From IMG/VR virus record IMGVR_UViG_3300032288_002071, positions 1 through 55,715 of that record: DNA of 55,715 nucleotides; one strand, written 5' to 3'. This document shows positions 43,901 to 54,255 of this stretch, one piece after another (the first letter of the stretch is position 1; each line of letters opens with the position of its first letter). This stretch comes from a virus (taxonomy: Duplodnaviria; Caudoviricetes). The notes under the pieces are model-generated. The model made no database searches and was not told the origin of the DNA. It saw only the letters and a list, made by a program, of their open reading frames with translations. The position numbers were made by a program, and so were the translations under genes.

Positions 43901-46900
43901 AGATATTGGTGCATTAGAGAAGCGTATTCAAAATCTAGAATACTACACATCTCTGTCACTGATGGAACAAGCAACAATCAATAAGCAAGACTTGTCTATT
44001 CTTGATACTACAGGTTTACCACGATTTAAGAATGGTATTATGGTTGATCCATTTACCGACAAGACTGTAGCTAATTTTAACGCTTCAGACTTCTCTGCTG
44101 CGATTGACATTGTTGGTAATCTTGCTCGTAACAGTTACAATCTAGCGTCCGTAAGAATCTTCTCAAATAATTCAACATCTGACTCTGGTGTTGATTTTAA
44201 TGGACCATTGCTAACACTGACTGGTACAGATGAAAACTTCTTAACACAAAATCTTGCGTCAAAATCTGTAAACATTAATCCGTTCAACATCGTAAATTAT
44301 GTTGGCTCTGTTAAACTTGATCCTACATCTGATGTTTGGACTTCAGATACCCGTGTTGAAACACAAAATATTGATTTAACTGGTGGTGAAGCAGCACGTG
44401 ATGCTTGGTCATCAATTCAAAGTACATCGTGGGGTTCGTGGCAAACAACATGGACAGGAGTTACTCAGCAAGCACAGGGTGGTTTAAAAACAACCGATGA
44501 GAGAAGAGCAAGAACAGTTAATGCTAGGGGACAAACTACACGTGTTGGTACATGGCGTACAGTTACACAAGATGTTTTGGAAACACGCACAACAAGAGAA
44601 ACACGCACTGGCATTCTTTCACAGATTGTACCACAACAATTAACACGTTCACTTGGTGATCGTTTGATTGACGTTACTGTTGTTCAATTTATGAGAGCAA
44701 CAAACATTCTTGCGATTGGTACAAACTTCAAACCATCAACAACTCTTTACACTTATTTTGATAATCAGAGAGTAGACAATTACGTTTATCGTGCGAACCT
44801 GTTGAAATTTGTCAACAACAATCTTCAGTATGAGACAACTATTGGTGATCCTGAGTTTGTTGATTTCTACGACAACACAAACGGTCAATTAATGGGTGAA
44901 GGTGTTGTTGTTCTAACAGCAAACAATCACGCATTTATTACCAATATTGTTCCTGATGCTTCTTATGGAACTTGGGCAAATGCGTCAATTGGTATTCGTG
45001 TAATTGGAGCAACAACAGGTGCCAATAATACAACAACTAACTGGCAACATTATTCTGGCACTGTTCGCTCCGCAACTGTATCTACAGTTCAGCTTGACTT
45101 CCATGCTGGTGGTGCAGCCAATACTTCTGATTATGTTGGACAGACAATCCGTATTATTGGTGGTTTGGGTAACGGACAAACAGCAACAATCAATGCTTAT
45201 AACACAAGCACACGCACTGCTAATATTTCTACAAACTGGACAACGACTCCAGATACAACATCATCATATTCAATTGGTACATTAACAACAACGATTGAAG
45301 GCGCAACTGCTGGTATCTTTGCGGCACCTACAGATACATTCCGTGTGGGTGAGAAGATGTTCCGTCTGATTGATGACCCAAATGGTTCATTGGAGAGTTC
45401 GACAACAAATGGTGAAACATCATTCTTCTCACAAGGTCTGATTCAGACTAAACAAGAAACAACTGTTTCAGTATTTGTTCCAACGGTAACACGTTCAACT
45501 GTAACAGAAAGTCGTGTAAACCAAACATCGTCTGTTCGCACTGCCGTTGTTCGTCAGGGTTGGGTTGATCCACTAGCGCAGACATTCTTGGTAAACCCAG
45601 ATACATACCCACAAGGTATTATGTTGTCAAGTGTGCGTGTGTGCTTTAGAACAAAAGACGCACAAGCACCAGTAACACTACAGATTCGCACAGTAGTGAA
45701 CGGGTATCCATCAACTGTTGTTTATCCTTATGCTGATGTTTCATTAACACCAGATAAAGTTAAGACTAGTGTATTACCAAGTCTGACAGATACTAACAAG
45801 TATACCGAATTTACATTTGATGTACCAGTTTATCTGTTACCTGGTGAACACTCAATTGTTCTTCTGTCTAACTCTGTTGGATATGAAGCATATGTTGGTG
45901 AAATTGGTCAAGTTAATCTTGCGAACTCTGTGAAGATTTCTGAGCAGCCATACACTGGCACACTATTCTTATCACAGAACGGTTCCACATGGACTGCTGA
46001 CCAAACTTCTGACCTGATGTTTAGTTTGTTCAAGAAAGCATACTCAACAACAACACCTGGTTATGCTTACTTCGAAGTCGATATGTCACAACAAACAGCT
46101 AACGCATTGTTTGATGTAATGCAGGTTATGTCTACTGATGTTGTTCTTGCGAACACCACACTAGATTATCAGTTTATTGCTGAGAATACTACAGGAACAA
46201 CACATCCATATATTTCATTTACACCAAATCTTGATTATAAGATGGTAGATGGTTATGGTCGTCGTTCACTGAATACCGCAACGGGCAACACAACATTTTC
46301 ATTACGTACAGTTCTATCAACAACAAATCGTGATATTAGCCCGATGCTTGATAAGACAAGATTGAATCTTCTTGCTATTGAAAACCGCATCAACAATCTA
46401 CAACTAAAGAACACAGATTTTGTAATTACTGCTCCTGGTTCTAGTTACACAACTGCGACTGTAGCAATTACTGGTGGTGGTGGCACAGGTGCTACCGCTT
46501 CTGCTACCGTTGCTGGTGGTCAAGTAACAGGAGTCACACTGACAAACGCTGGTTCTGGTTACACATCCTCACCAACAATTACAATCACTGGTGATGGTTC
46601 AGGTGCGACTGTTGCATATAACGGTGAAGATAAGAGATCAGGTGGTAACGCAGATGTTCGTTATATCACACGTAAAGTACAACTGGCATCTGGTTTTGAT
46701 TCTGGTGACCTTCGTGTATATCTGTTAGGTTATATGCCACCACAAGGTAACATTTATGTGTATGCTAAGTATCTGGCTTCTGGTGATCCACAGAAGTTTG
46801 AGGATAAGAATTGGTCATTATTGACACAGATTGGTGGTGGTAATTTTGTTTCTGCTGATGATAGTGATTATCGTGAGATGACATTTGCTCCGGGTGCAAA

Positions 46901-47057
46901 TGGTGTTGAAACAAACAACATCAACTACACTTCTGGTTCAGTCACATACACAACGTTTGCAACTTTTGCAGTTAAAGTTGTAATGACAAGCACTGATCCT
47001 ACTGATGTACCAAAAATCAGAGACTTACGAATTATCGCTTTACCTGAGTCATTATAA
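40995..47057 (+). CDS. Large virion structural protein, VrlC/DUF4815-like
   Basis: TNLNV.PYYDDF...KNFYR.L.KPG..VQ.RELTQ.Q.ILQ.QI, LARRT.DESGDY, YYLPRID, DPLAQTF, P.I.DLR.IA. Confidence 0.9.
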   Translation: MAITTNLNVDPYYDDFNEDKNFYRILYKPGFAVQSRELTQSQSILQDQIKKFGDHVFKTGSIVSGGQIFVQNTTYINVATAYGTSDVDYAVFDGEYITNVAGTKKAYVLKSYAADSTAGQPITFIVNQLYGSAFGVNETIVTANTQTGAVNYFANVAASNPTGNSKTFSINDGVFYYEGFFVRNDAQSIALSKYDRNSNVIVGFQVTEEIIDYTEDTSLLDPAQDASNFQAPGADRFKISLTLTTRALNSTDLSQFIELSQFEGGIQQKVIQTPIYSTLGDELARRTFDESGDYLVRPFDIAVTDAANTARANVTLGAGKAYVRGYEFQTIAPTVISLDKPRTTDNVNNRRVTADLGYYVYANTIYGTFPTNQIANVELYAVDAGSLVSIQANTVNLTNVRVGSAKIKMISFDSSSNTQDSNTYIYKAYLTDINVSTLLNTATGNGYNATGGNTTTVTLPSGFAANNGVYVGSKIRIVAGPGTVDGSRTVKFYDGSTRNLTVDIPYSTAITSASQFAIDFDFGQTDSIAVMTGAAATRSVSANVHPYSKKVIYAPVEHEVSFVSDTGNEPLLIKIGQDNVADNTISDFSYSYRRLYQSVPFTSDVSSPLSLGTGESLLSASSTATKQQYYTLVVTSKGTGVYDVGTIVPASVISVDTAARTISVTAGGSMTANIYAGISVSNPTSKTKTFIRANTKLAANGTGVTTSNNVFGNGAIIVSSPDGQTIINANTILVRTPGVDQSLFVSDVHSINAIFDFNGTPITTTSYDAGSYSNVTSYYTLVTGQKDSYYDWGAIRLKPGYPAPKGPLLVRYNRFISSGTGYFDVDSYTRLGPGNLDYAEIPSFVTQDGSASPLSDYLDFRPVRLDATSTITANGYYFDVEERGAGPKIVETGTDLILDYSYYLPRIDRVVLNKNGSFEVIEGIPSLTPSEPNEPADAMTLYILDYPAYLGFASETNIKTFKNKRYTMKDIGALEKRIQNLEYYTSLSLMEQATINKQDLSILDTTGLPRFKNGIMVDPFTDKTVANFNASDFSAAIDIVGNLARNSYNLASVRIFSNNSTSDSGVDFNGPLLTLTGTDENFLTQNLASKSVNINPFNIVNYVGSVKLDPTSDVWTSDTRVETQNIDLTGGEAARDAWSSIQSTSWGSWQTTWTGVTQQAQGGLKTTDERRARTVNARGQTTRVGTWRTVTQDVLETRTTRETRTGILSQIVPQQLTRSLGDRLIDVTVVQFMRATNILAIGTNFKPSTTLYTYFDNQRVDNYVYRANLLKFVNNNLQYETTIGDPEFVDFYDNTNGQLMGEGVVVLTANNHAFITNIVPDASYGTWANASIGIRVIGATTGANNTTTNWQHYSGTVRSATVSTVQLDFHAGGAANTSDYVGQTIRIIGGLGNGQTATINAYNTSTRTANISTNWTTTPDTTSSYSIGTLTTTIEGATAGIFAAPTDTFRVGEKMFRLIDDPNGSLESSTTNGETSFFSQGLIQTKQETTVSVFVPTVTRSTVTESRVNQTSSVRTAVVRQGWVDPLAQTFLVNPDTYPQGIMLSSVRVCFRTKDAQAPVTLQIRTVVNGYPSTVVYPYADVSLTPDKVKTSVLPSLTDTNKYTEFTFDVPVYLLPGEHSIVLLSNSVGYEAYVGEIGQVNLANSVKISEQPYTGTLFLSQNGSTWTADQTSDLMFSLFKKAYSTTTPGYAYFEVDMSQQTANALFDVMQVMSTDVVLANTTLDYQFIAENTTGTTHPYISFTPNLDYKMVDGYGRRSLNTATGNTTFSLRTVLSTTNRDISPMLDKTRLNLLAIENRINNLQLKNTDFVITAPGSSYTTATVAITGGGGTGATASATVAGGQVTGVTLTNAGSGYTSSPTITITGDGSGATVAYNGEDKRSGGNADVRYITRKVQLASGFDSGDLRVYLLGYMPPQGNIYVYAKYLASGDPQKFEDKNWSLLTQIGGGNFVSADDSDYREMTFAPGANGVETNNINYTSGSVTYTTFATFAVKVVMTSTDPTDVPKIRDLRIIALPESL

Positions 47058-47278
47058 TGCTAGTACAAATTAAAGATGATCCTAAATTGGTTCGTGATGT
47101 TACGAATCGTGCGATATTAAATACTGATCGTGAAGGTCTTGAGCGTTATAAAACACAGAGATTACTTGCTAAAAAACGATTGGATGAACAAGAAGAAATG
47201 AAAAACAAAGTAAATAAACTAGAGCAGGATGTGTCTGAGATTAAAGACCTCCTGCGTCAACTTGTAACGAGAACATAA
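47057..47278 (+). CDS. Small coiled-coil protein following the VrlC-like gene
   Basis: LVRD....AI.NTD, C-terminal heptads. Confidence 0.85.
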   Translation: MLVQIKDDPKLVRDVTNRAILNTDREGLERYKTQRLLAKKRLDEQEEMKNKVNKLEQDVSEIKDLLRQLVTRT

Positions 47279-47279
47279 G

Positions 47280-47891
47280 ATGGCAATAGACCAGATTTCC
47301 ACAGCAAATACTTTTGAAGAGTGGTTAACTACCACTTCAACATTGGTTGCAGTAGCGAACAATTTAACCAACAATACTGGTGGTGGTTTTATCATGAACT
47401 CTTCAATCTTTATTGAAGGTTCAGCGGCATCTTTAAATGTTCGAACACAAGCCAACATCAATACACTGACAGCAAACACTGCTAATATTGCTAATGTTCT
47501 TTTATCTTCTAGCAATGTTTCAATACCTTTAGATTTGACTATTGGAAGGAATGCAAATCTTGTAGGTAATGTGGCGTCCGTGAATGTAACTAACAAATTA
47601 TTTGTTGGTGGCGATGCTTTCGTTTATGGTAACTTAACAATATCTGGTAACGTTACTTTAGATTCAGTTGGTTTTGATGATTTAGATGTAAAAGGTTCTG
47701 CAAACATTGCAAACAATTTATATGTAACTGGTGTTTCAGAATTTAATGGAAATATTTCTGCTGGCAATTTGTCTATGACTGGAACATTATCTGGTGCGAC
47801 AATAATTACTGGTCCAGCAAACAATGCAATTTACAGCACTATCACAGCAGCAATTGACTCATCAATTGCATTTGCGATTGCTTTAGGTTAA
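47280..47891 (+). CDS. Fibre-like virion protein
   Basis: NTFEEW...T N-terminus, beta-rich middle, C-terminal SIAFAIALG. Confidence 0.75.
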   Translation: MAIDQISTANTFEEWLTTTSTLVAVANNLTNNTGGGFIMNSSIFIEGSAASLNVRTQANINTLTANTANIANVLLSSSNVSIPLDLTIGRNANLVGNVASVNVTNKLFVGGDAFVYGNLTISGNVTLDSVGFDDLDVKGSANIANNLYVTGVSEFNGNISAGNLSMTGTLSGATIITGPANNAIYSTITAAIDSSIAFAIALG

Positions 47892-47920
47892 ATAAATACT
47901 GACGAAAAACAGAGGATTTA

Positions 47921-48253
47921 ATGGCTAACAATTTTAGAAACTATACACTTAAAGCCGCTGGAACTACAGCGCAAAATGCGTATGCTGTTGGTGCTGGTGT
48001 TCAAGCAACTGTCATTGGTATGACAATTGCAAACATTACCCCATCACCTATTTCGGCAAATGTTATTTTAAATGGTGGAAATATTACGGGTAATGTTTAC
48101 CTAGTAAAAGATGCCACGATTGCTCCTGGCGGCGCATTGGTGCCTGTTGGTGGTGATCAAAAACTTGTGCTAGAGGCAGGAGATTATTTACAAGTAAATA
48201 CTTCTGTTGCATCTTCGGGTGATGTTATTGTTTCTGTTTTGGAGATTAGCTAA
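47921..48253 (+). CDS. Small beta-sandwich adaptor-type virion protein
   Basis: TVIGMTIANIT...YLVKDA.I.PG....KLVLE.GD.L; similar to 50136 and 53860. Confidence 0.75.
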   Translation: MANNFRNYTLKAAGTTAQNAYAVGAGVQATVIGMTIANITPSPISANVILNGGNITGNVYLVKDATIAPGGALVPVGGDQKLVLEAGDYLQVNTSVASSGDVIVSVLEIS

Positions 48254-49215
48254 TGTCATACATTGGTAATAGCCCAGATGTAAATGCTTTTACGATAGGC
48301 GTTGAAAGATTTAACGGCACTGGAGCTTGTACACAATTTACATTGACACGTGATATCGACGATTCAAAAGCAATCGAAATCGTCGTCAATGGTGTTCAAC
48401 AAGACCCAGATAATTCTTATACAGTAACAAATGGTATAATTACTTTTAGTGAAGCGCCACCAACTGGTGCGAATAATATCACTGTAACATATCGTTCCCC
48501 AATTGTTATAACTTTTAATCAAGTTACTGAATCACAACTTCAAGCAAATTCAGTTAAAGAAGGAGCAATTGCTGAGAATGCAATAACTACAAGTAAGATT
48601 TCTCCACTTTCAGTTACGGGTAATAAATTAGGATTATATTCTGTATCTGGCAATAATATTGGTACTGGTGCTATTAGCGCAAATAACTTTGCTGGTGGTG
48701 GTATCACATCAAATGTTTTATCATCAAATTTACAGTTGTCCGTTTCACAAATAACCGAAAAAATAAACATCAGTGGTTCTAGCAGTTTTTATGGTGGAGT
48801 TGCTCAAGGTTCTGTTTCTGGTATTTTAAATATTGATATTATGAATGCAACTGTGCATTCGTTTGAAGCAAATACCACAGGAAATGTAACATTTAATCTT
48901 CGTGGAAACTCAATAAACACTTTTGATTCTTGTATTGCTGTTGGTAATAGTGTTTCATTAATGATTGCATTAAAACATAATGCAGCAGGTGGAAGAGCAC
49001 AAACCAACGTACATATTGATGGTGGTTTAATTCAATCTGGTGGTGGTGGATGGGCTGGTAATTTAATGCTTTATAATTCAAATACAGCTCCAAGTTTTTC
49101 ACCTATTACTAAAGACGAATATAATTTTTATTCATTAACAGTTTTTAAACGTGCATCAAATACATATTCGGTATTTTTAGCAAATACAACTTACGGTAGA
49201 GGATCGGGTTTTTAA
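48253..49215 (+). CDS. Fibre protein: MSYIGN anchor, 10-aa repeats, C-terminal adaptor domain
   Basis: Paralogue of 51821; C-terminal domain shared with 10535. Confidence 0.8.
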   Translation: MSYIGNSPDVNAFTIGVERFNGTGACTQFTLTRDIDDSKAIEIVVNGVQQDPDNSYTVTNGIITFSEAPPTGANNITVTYRSPIVITFNQVTESQLQANSVKEGAIAENAITTSKISPLSVTGNKLGLYSVSGNNIGTGAISANNFAGGGITSNVLSSNLQLSVSQITEKINISGSSSFYGGVAQGSVSGILNIDIMNATVHSFEANTTGNVTFNLRGNSINTFDSCIAVGNSVSLMIALKHNAAGGRAQTNVHIDGGLIQSGGGGWAGNLMLYNSNTAPSFSPITKDEYNFYSLTVFKRASNTYSVFLANTTYGRGSGF

Positions 49216-49217
49216 AT

Positions 49218-50117
49218 ATGCCTAGACTTGCTGGTTTAAGTAATGGTGGGTTAACGGGTTATGGTATTGGTATTGCTGGTAAAAAGGCATTTATTAATGT
49301 TCACTCATTTAATGTAACTTCAAGTTGGAATCCACCACCAGGACTAGAGTATATTGAATTACTTGTTGTTGCTGGTGGTGGTGGTGGTGGTGGTAATTAT
49401 GGTGGTGGAGGTGGTGCTGGTGGAGTTAGAGTTTCCAATTCATATCAAATAGATTCCACAAAAACATATACGATTGTTGTTGGTGCTGGTGGTGCTGGTG
49501 GTCTAGATGTAGACAATAAAGGTGCATCTGGAACATCATCTAGTATAACTGCTCCTGGATTATCAACTTTTTCTACAACTGGTGGTGGGGGTGGTGGAAG
49601 TAGAGGATTTAATGCTGCAACTGCTCCAGGAAATCCTGGAGGATCTGGTGGCGGCGGCGGCGGATATAATGATTTAGCAAATCTTGGTGGTAGTGGAAAC
49701 GCTGGTGGTTATAATCCCGTTGAAGGATATGGTGGCGGAAAATCTGGTGGATACTATTTTGGTGCGTGTGGTGGAGGTGGTGGTGGAGCTGGTGCAGCAG
49801 GACAAGACGTTCCAGCAGCAGGTAATGGTGCTGGTGGAGATTATAAAGGTGGGCGTGGTGGTATAGGTATTGATTGGAATGGATTTAAAGTTGGGGGTGG
49901 TGGTGGAGGTGGCAATTGGAGTAGTAATCCAGTAGCTCCTGGAGATGCTGATGGTTATGGAACAGGAAAAGGTGGTATATCAACAACAGGCCCCGCTGCG
50001 ACTAGTGGTGGAACAAATCAAGGTGGTGGTGGTGGAGGTGGTGGTACATCAAATGTGCCACAAGGTGGTTCAGGTGGTTCCGGTATAGTGATTGTTCGTT
50101 ATTCACAGTTTTATTAA
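49218..50117 (+). CDS. Glycine-rich adhesin-like protein (single domain)
   Basis: ELLVVAGGGGGG...GGSGGSGIVIVRY. Confidence 0.85.
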   Translation: MPRLAGLSNGGLTGYGIGIAGKKAFINVHSFNVTSSWNPPPGLEYIELLVVAGGGGGGGNYGGGGGAGGVRVSNSYQIDSTKTYTIVVGAGGAGGLDVDNKGASGTSSSITAPGLSTFSTTGGGGGGSRGFNAATAPGNPGGSGGGGGGYNDLANLGGSGNAGGYNPVEGYGGGKSGGYYFGACGGGGGGAGAAGQDVPAAGNGAGGDYKGGRGGIGIDWNGFKVGGGGGGGNWSSNPVAPGDADGYGTGKGGISTTGPAATSGGTNQGGGGGGGGTSNVPQGGSGGSGIVIVRYSQFY

Positions 50118-50135
50118 TTTTTAAAAAGAAAAAAA

Positions 50136-50474
50136 ATGGCAAGAGCATATAAAATATTAGGACAAAATAATCCAGGTTCGGGTGTTTTAACAACACTCTA
50201 TACTGTTCCCGCTGGTAACTCAGCAATTATATCTTCAATTACAATCGCTAATTTGAATGAAGATGCAAATTCTGGTGCTTCATTTAGAATTGCGGCAAAC
50301 TCATCTGGTGCTGTAGTTTCTAATGCAAACTATCTTGCATATAGCGTTAATGTTCCTGGTCGTGATGCAATTACATTGACTCTTGGTATTACTTTGAATG
50401 CGGGTTCACAATTATCTGTTCACGCTAATTCCACTTTACTTTCATTTGCAGCATTTGGAACTGAAATCTACTAA
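50136..50474 (+). CDS. Small beta-sandwich adaptor-type virion protein
   Basis: YKILGQ..P.....TLYTVP...AIISSITIAN...LTLGITL..AFGTEI. Confidence 0.75.
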   Translation: MARAYKILGQNNPGSGVLTTLYTVPAGNSAIISSITIANLNEDANSGASFRIAANSSGAVVSNANYLAYSVNVPGRDAITLTLGITLNAGSQLSVHANSTLLSFAAFGTEIY

Positions 50475-51352
50475 TGGCACTGAATAGAGTCGTTCTTAAT
50501 AAGGTATCAATAAAACGCATGTCTGTTCCTGGAACGGGCGGATCATCTGCTGCACCTGCCGCTTCTACTAAAACTCCTACAGTTGAATATTTAATTGTTG
50601 GTGGTGGTGGTGGAGGAGGTGGTGATGGTGGTGGTGGTGGTGGTGCTGGAGGATTTAGAATAAATCCTTCTTATCCCGTTACATCTGGTACAACATATAC
50701 GATTACAGTTGGTGGTGCAGGTTCTGCTCCTGCTGGTGGACAAGGTGGTTCTGGTTCAAATTCTGGATTTCATCGTGCTGCACCATTTTCTTCGGTGTGG
50801 GCAACTGGTGGTGGGGGTGGTGGTAGAGGGGGTGGATCATCAGCAGCAGGTAGTAATGGTGGCTCCGGTGGTGGTGGCGGTGGTTTTTTTGGTGGTGTTT
50901 CACGAGCAGGTGGTAGTGGTAATGCTGGTGGTTATTCCCCTTCTGAAGGTAATAACGGTGGTATATCTGATGGGGGTGGACCACAATATGGTGGAGGTGG
51001 TGGAGGTGGAGCTGGAGGTGTCGGTGGTGCAGGCACACCAAGTACCAGTGGACCCGGTGGACCTGGTACTGCAAGCACAATCACAGGTGCTTCTGTAACT
51101 TATGCAGCGGGCGCTTCTGGTGGGGGTACTTCTGGACCATCGACTGCTGGAACACCAAATACCGGAAATGGTGGAGGTGGAAGTAGTAATGGTCCTACTG
51201 TTGCTGGTGGTCAAGGTGGTTCTGGTGTAGTTGTCATTCGTTATCTAACTACTTATGACAATGTATCAGCGATTAGTGGAGCAACCTACTCTGAAAGTAG
51301 TGGATATAGAATCTTTAGATATACTGGTGCCGGATCTATAACTTTTTCATAA
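50474..51352 (+). CDS. Glycine-rich adhesin-like protein (single domain)
   Basis: VEYLIVGGGGGGG...GGSGVVVIRY, ends GYRIFRYTGAGSITF. Confidence 0.85.
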   Translation: MALNRVVLNKVSIKRMSVPGTGGSSAAPAASTKTPTVEYLIVGGGGGGGGDGGGGGGAGGFRINPSYPVTSGTTYTITVGGAGSAPAGGQGGSGSNSGFHRAAPFSSVWATGGGGGGRGGGSSAAGSNGGSGGGGGGFFGGVSRAGGSGNAGGYSPSEGNNGGISDGGGPQYGGGGGGGAGGVGGAGTPSTSGPGGPGTASTITGASVTYAAGASGGGTSGPSTAGTPNTGNGGGGSSNGPTVAGGQGGSGVVVIRYLTTYDNVSAISGATYSESSGYRIFRYTGAGSITFS

Positions 51353-51361
51353 AAAACACAG

Positions 51362-51369
51362 TATAAATA
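51362..51369 (+). promoter_or_regulatory. T4-type late promoter
   Basis: Exact TATAAATA before the GAGGTG RBS of 51390. Confidence 0.85.
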
Positions 51370-51389
51370 TTTTTATTTGAGGTGATTGA

Positions 51390-51809
51390 ATGAATAACAA
51401 AGACATTGAATATGCACAATATTTAATTGGCAATAACAACAAATTAGTTTGTGGTATTGATACTGCAATCAAAACATTACGACCAACTGCTCGTTATGAT
51501 ATGTCTGCTTCGGGTGGACATTTTGAGTTTACACGTTGGGAAGATGAAGCTGGTACTAAACCACCAACTAAAGATGAAATTATGAAGGAACTAGAATATC
51601 AAAATAAGTTTATTGCATATTGGCAGCATTTCGTTGATCGTGCAGCAAACTATCCTGATATTGTAGTTATTATCAATAGTTTATGGGAAGCAATTGATAC
51701 TGGTGTTATTCCAGGTAAAGGAACAAAGTTCTATGAATCTATCAAAGAAATTAACGATAAGTTTCCTAAACCTGATGGTGAACCACCAGTAAGACCAACA
51801 TACGAATAA
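51390..51809 (+). CDS. Putative tail-fibre assembly chaperone
   Basis: AI..LRP.A, W......PPT..EI, R...YP, IK..NDKFPKP pattern; within the fibre cluster. Confidence 0.6.
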   Translation: MNNKDIEYAQYLIGNNNKLVCGIDTAIKTLRPTARYDMSASGGHFEFTRWEDEAGTKPPTKDEIMKELEYQNKFIAYWQHFVDRAANYPDIVVIINSLWEAIDTGVIPGKGTKFYESIKEINDKFPKPDGEPPVRPTYE

Positions 51810-51820
51810 TAGGAAATTAA

Positions 51821-52831
51821 ATGTCATATATTGGCAATCAAGTTACGTCAGTACCTCATGTAGTTGATATTTTTACTGGCGACAATACGACAGTTACCTT
51901 TGGACCACTGACACGTGCTCCTGCTGGTACTGCTGCTATTGCTGTGTTTGTAAACGGTGTTTATAAAATTCCTGGCGTTGATTACACACTAAATGGTAAT
52001 TTAATTGTTTTCACTTCTGCTCCAGCTTCAAGTGCTAGTGTTATCATACATCATTTAGGTAATGGTACAACAACACAAGTTCCATCCGATGGTTCAGTTA
52101 CAGGAAATAAATTAGCAATAAATTCTGTTCGTGGTAACAATATTGTTGCTGGAGAAATTACAGGTAACTTGATTGCTGCTACATCTGTTGCGACTAATAA
52201 TATTGTTGTTGGTGCAATTACAGGTAACTTGATTGCTTTGAATTCAATATCCGGTAATCAAATTGGTGTCTATGCAGTTTCCGGCAATCAAATCGGTACT
52301 GGTGCTATCAGTGCAAATAACTTTGCCGGTGGTGGTATTACATCAAATGTTTTATCACCAAACTTAACATTAACTATAACAAGAACAAACGAAACTACTA
52401 ATTTATTTTCTACTGCTCCAGCAGGAAATATAAACATTGATGTTGCAAACACCACTCTTTATTATTTCACATCGAATACTACAGCAAATGTGACATTTAA
52501 TCTTCGTGCAAATAATATAAACACGTTTGATTCTGTTGTTAGAATAGGTGAGACTGTTACTGTAACTATTATGCTTCGTCATTCAACAACATCTGGTGGT
52601 CGCCATACTGCAAATGTTTATATTGATGGTGGATTGATTACTACGAATAGAACAAACCCAGACCAAGCCGGTGCAAATAATTTATTTTACGTTGCTAACA
52701 TCGTTCCATTATACGCAACTACTATTGCTGGAACTGGTTTTGAAATGAATATGTACAACATCAGTGTATTCAAACGAGATGCAAATACGTACACAGTATT
52801 CATGTCTAATACAAATGCTCAAATAGGTTAA
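51821..52831 (+). CDS. Fibre protein: MSYIGN anchor, 10-aa repeats, C-terminal adaptor domain
   Basis: Paralogue of 48253; AGGA RBS. Confidence 0.8.
   Translation: MSYIGNQVTSVPHVVDIFTGDNTTVTFGPLTRAPAGTAAIAVFVNGVYKIPGVDYTLNGNLIVFTSAPASSASVIIHHLGNGTTTQVPSDGSVTGNKLAINSVRGNNIVAGEITGNLIAATSVATNNIVVGAITGNLIALNSISGNQIGVYAVSGNQIGTGAISANNFAGGGITSNVLSPNLTLTITRTNETTNLFSTAPAGNINIDVANTTLYYFTSNTTANVTFNLRANNINTFDSVVRIGETVTVTIMLRHSTTSGGRHTANVYIDGGLITTNRTNPDQAGANNLFYVANIVPLYATTIAGTGFEMNMYNISVFKRDANTYTVFMSNTNAQIG
52090..52345 (+). repeat. Decapeptide (30-nt) tandem repeats
   Basis: SVTGNKLAIN/SVRGNNIVAG/EITGNLIAAT/SVATNNIVVG/AITGNLIALN/SISGNQIGVY/AVSGNQIGTG/AISANNFAGG; ATTACAGGTAACTTGATTGCT occurs twice, 60 nt apart. 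Confidence 0.85.
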
Positions 52832-52832
52832 C

Positions 52833-53840
52833 ATGAGTAGATTAGCATCATTAACATCATTAGGAATAATTGGCACATTAAAAAAAACTAGAGTTCCTGT
52901 ATCACTTGTTTATACTGGTCAGGGAACATTCACGGTTCCACCGGCGCTTACTGCAATTGATGTTTTTGTTGTTGCCGGTGGGGGTGGTGGAGGTGGTGCT
53001 GTAAATGGTGGTGCTGGTGGTGGTGGTGCCGGTGGTGTTAGATTTATTACCGGTAAAACTGTTCGTCCAAATATCACCCTCAATATTCAAGTGGGCAGCG
53101 GCGGCGCAGGTGGTTATGACGCTTATGGTTCAAATGGTGGCAATTCGGGTATTTGGACTACAGATTATTTGATTCCACCACTTATTCCGGTTGGTGATGT
53201 GTGGTCAACAGGAGGTGGTGGCGGTGCTGGAGCAGTGGCTCCCTCTGGAAGTCCTGGAAGGGGTGGTGGTTCTGGTGGTGGAGGTGGTGGCAACTCATCC
53301 CCTTCAACTAGAGGTGGTGGCGCTGGTAATTTAGGTGGATATAATCCATCCGAAGGAAATACTGGTGGTGGGGGTGGTTTTTCTGGTGGTGGTGGAGGTG
53401 GTGGTGCTGGCAATGTTGGTGAAACAAAATCTTATGGTGGTGGTAACGGTGGCATAGGTATATTTTCTACGATGTCTGGAACTAACACTGCATATGGTGG
53501 AGGAGGTGGAGCATTTGGAATATTTTTCACTCCAGGACCACTTGCTCCTATGTTGGGTACGGGTGGTGGTGGTTCGGTGCCCGGACCTCTTGGAACAAAT
53601 AGTATTAATAAGTATGGTTCACCGAGTTCTTTAGTATCTCCATACGGTGCATTTGTTGGAACACCGTTTGGTGGTGGTGCTGCAAGCACTTATCAACCGC
53701 CGTATGCTGGTAGACCAGGAAGAGGTGAAGCTGGTGTTGCGTTTACGGGTGGTGGTGGTGGAGCATCGGATGATGGTGGTGGTAATGGAGAAGGATGGGG
53801 TGGTAATGGTGGTTCGGGTATTGTTATTATCAGATACTAA
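52833..53840 (+). CDS. Glycine-rich adhesin-like protein (single domain)
   Basis: IDVFVVAGGGGGGG...GGNGGSGIVIIRY. Confidence 0.85.
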   Translation: MSRLASLTSLGIIGTLKKTRVPVSLVYTGQGTFTVPPALTAIDVFVVAGGGGGGGAVNGGAGGGGAGGVRFITGKTVRPNITLNIQVGSGGAGGYDAYGSNGGNSGIWTTDYLIPPLIPVGDVWSTGGGGGAGAVAPSGSPGRGGGSGGGGGGNSSPSTRGGGAGNLGGYNPSEGNTGGGGGFSGGGGGGGAGNVGETKSYGGGNGGIGIFSTMSGTNTAYGGGGGAFGIFFTPGPLAPMLGTGGGGSVPGPLGTNSINKYGSPSSLVSPYGAFVGTPFGGGAASTYQPPYAGRPGRGEAGVAFTGGGGGASDDGGGNGEGWGGNGGSGIVIIRY

Positions 53841-53859
53841 TAAGCTAAGGAAAAAATAA

Positions 53860-54255
53860 ATGGCAGCACCTAACATTGTCAGTGTAGCAAACATTTTGGG
53901 AAAAAGTAACGTAGCTAACGTTACTACTGTCACTTCAAATGTTGTTTCGAACGTTTATGGTTCGAACAAAGTATTTAAAATAAACACGATTATTATATCA
54001 AATGTTGATGGTGCAAACAATGGTATTGTTACAGTTGGACTATACAAAGGCGGAAACTCAGGTTCTCAAAGAACAGCAGATGGTACAGTCTACAATACAG
54101 TTTTTTCAATTGCCAATACTATCACCGTTCCTGCAAAGTCATCTCTAGACATTCTTGCTAAAAATTTATATCTTGAGGAAGGAGATGTCATTACAGTGAG
54201 AGCCGATGCGAACAATCGCTTGCACATGATTACTTCTTTTGAAGAGATTAGTTAA
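53860..54255 (+). CDS. Small beta-sandwich adaptor-type virion protein
   Basis: MAAPNIVSV..I.GK, KINTIIISNVDG, I.VPA.SSL, YLEEGD, SFEEIS. Confidence 0.8.
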   Translation: MAAPNIVSVANILGKSNVANVTTVTSNVVSNVYGSNKVFKINTIIISNVDGANNGIVTVGLYKGGNSGSQRTADGTVYNTVFSIANTITVPAKSSLDILAKNLYLEEGDVITVRADANNRLHMITSFEEIS

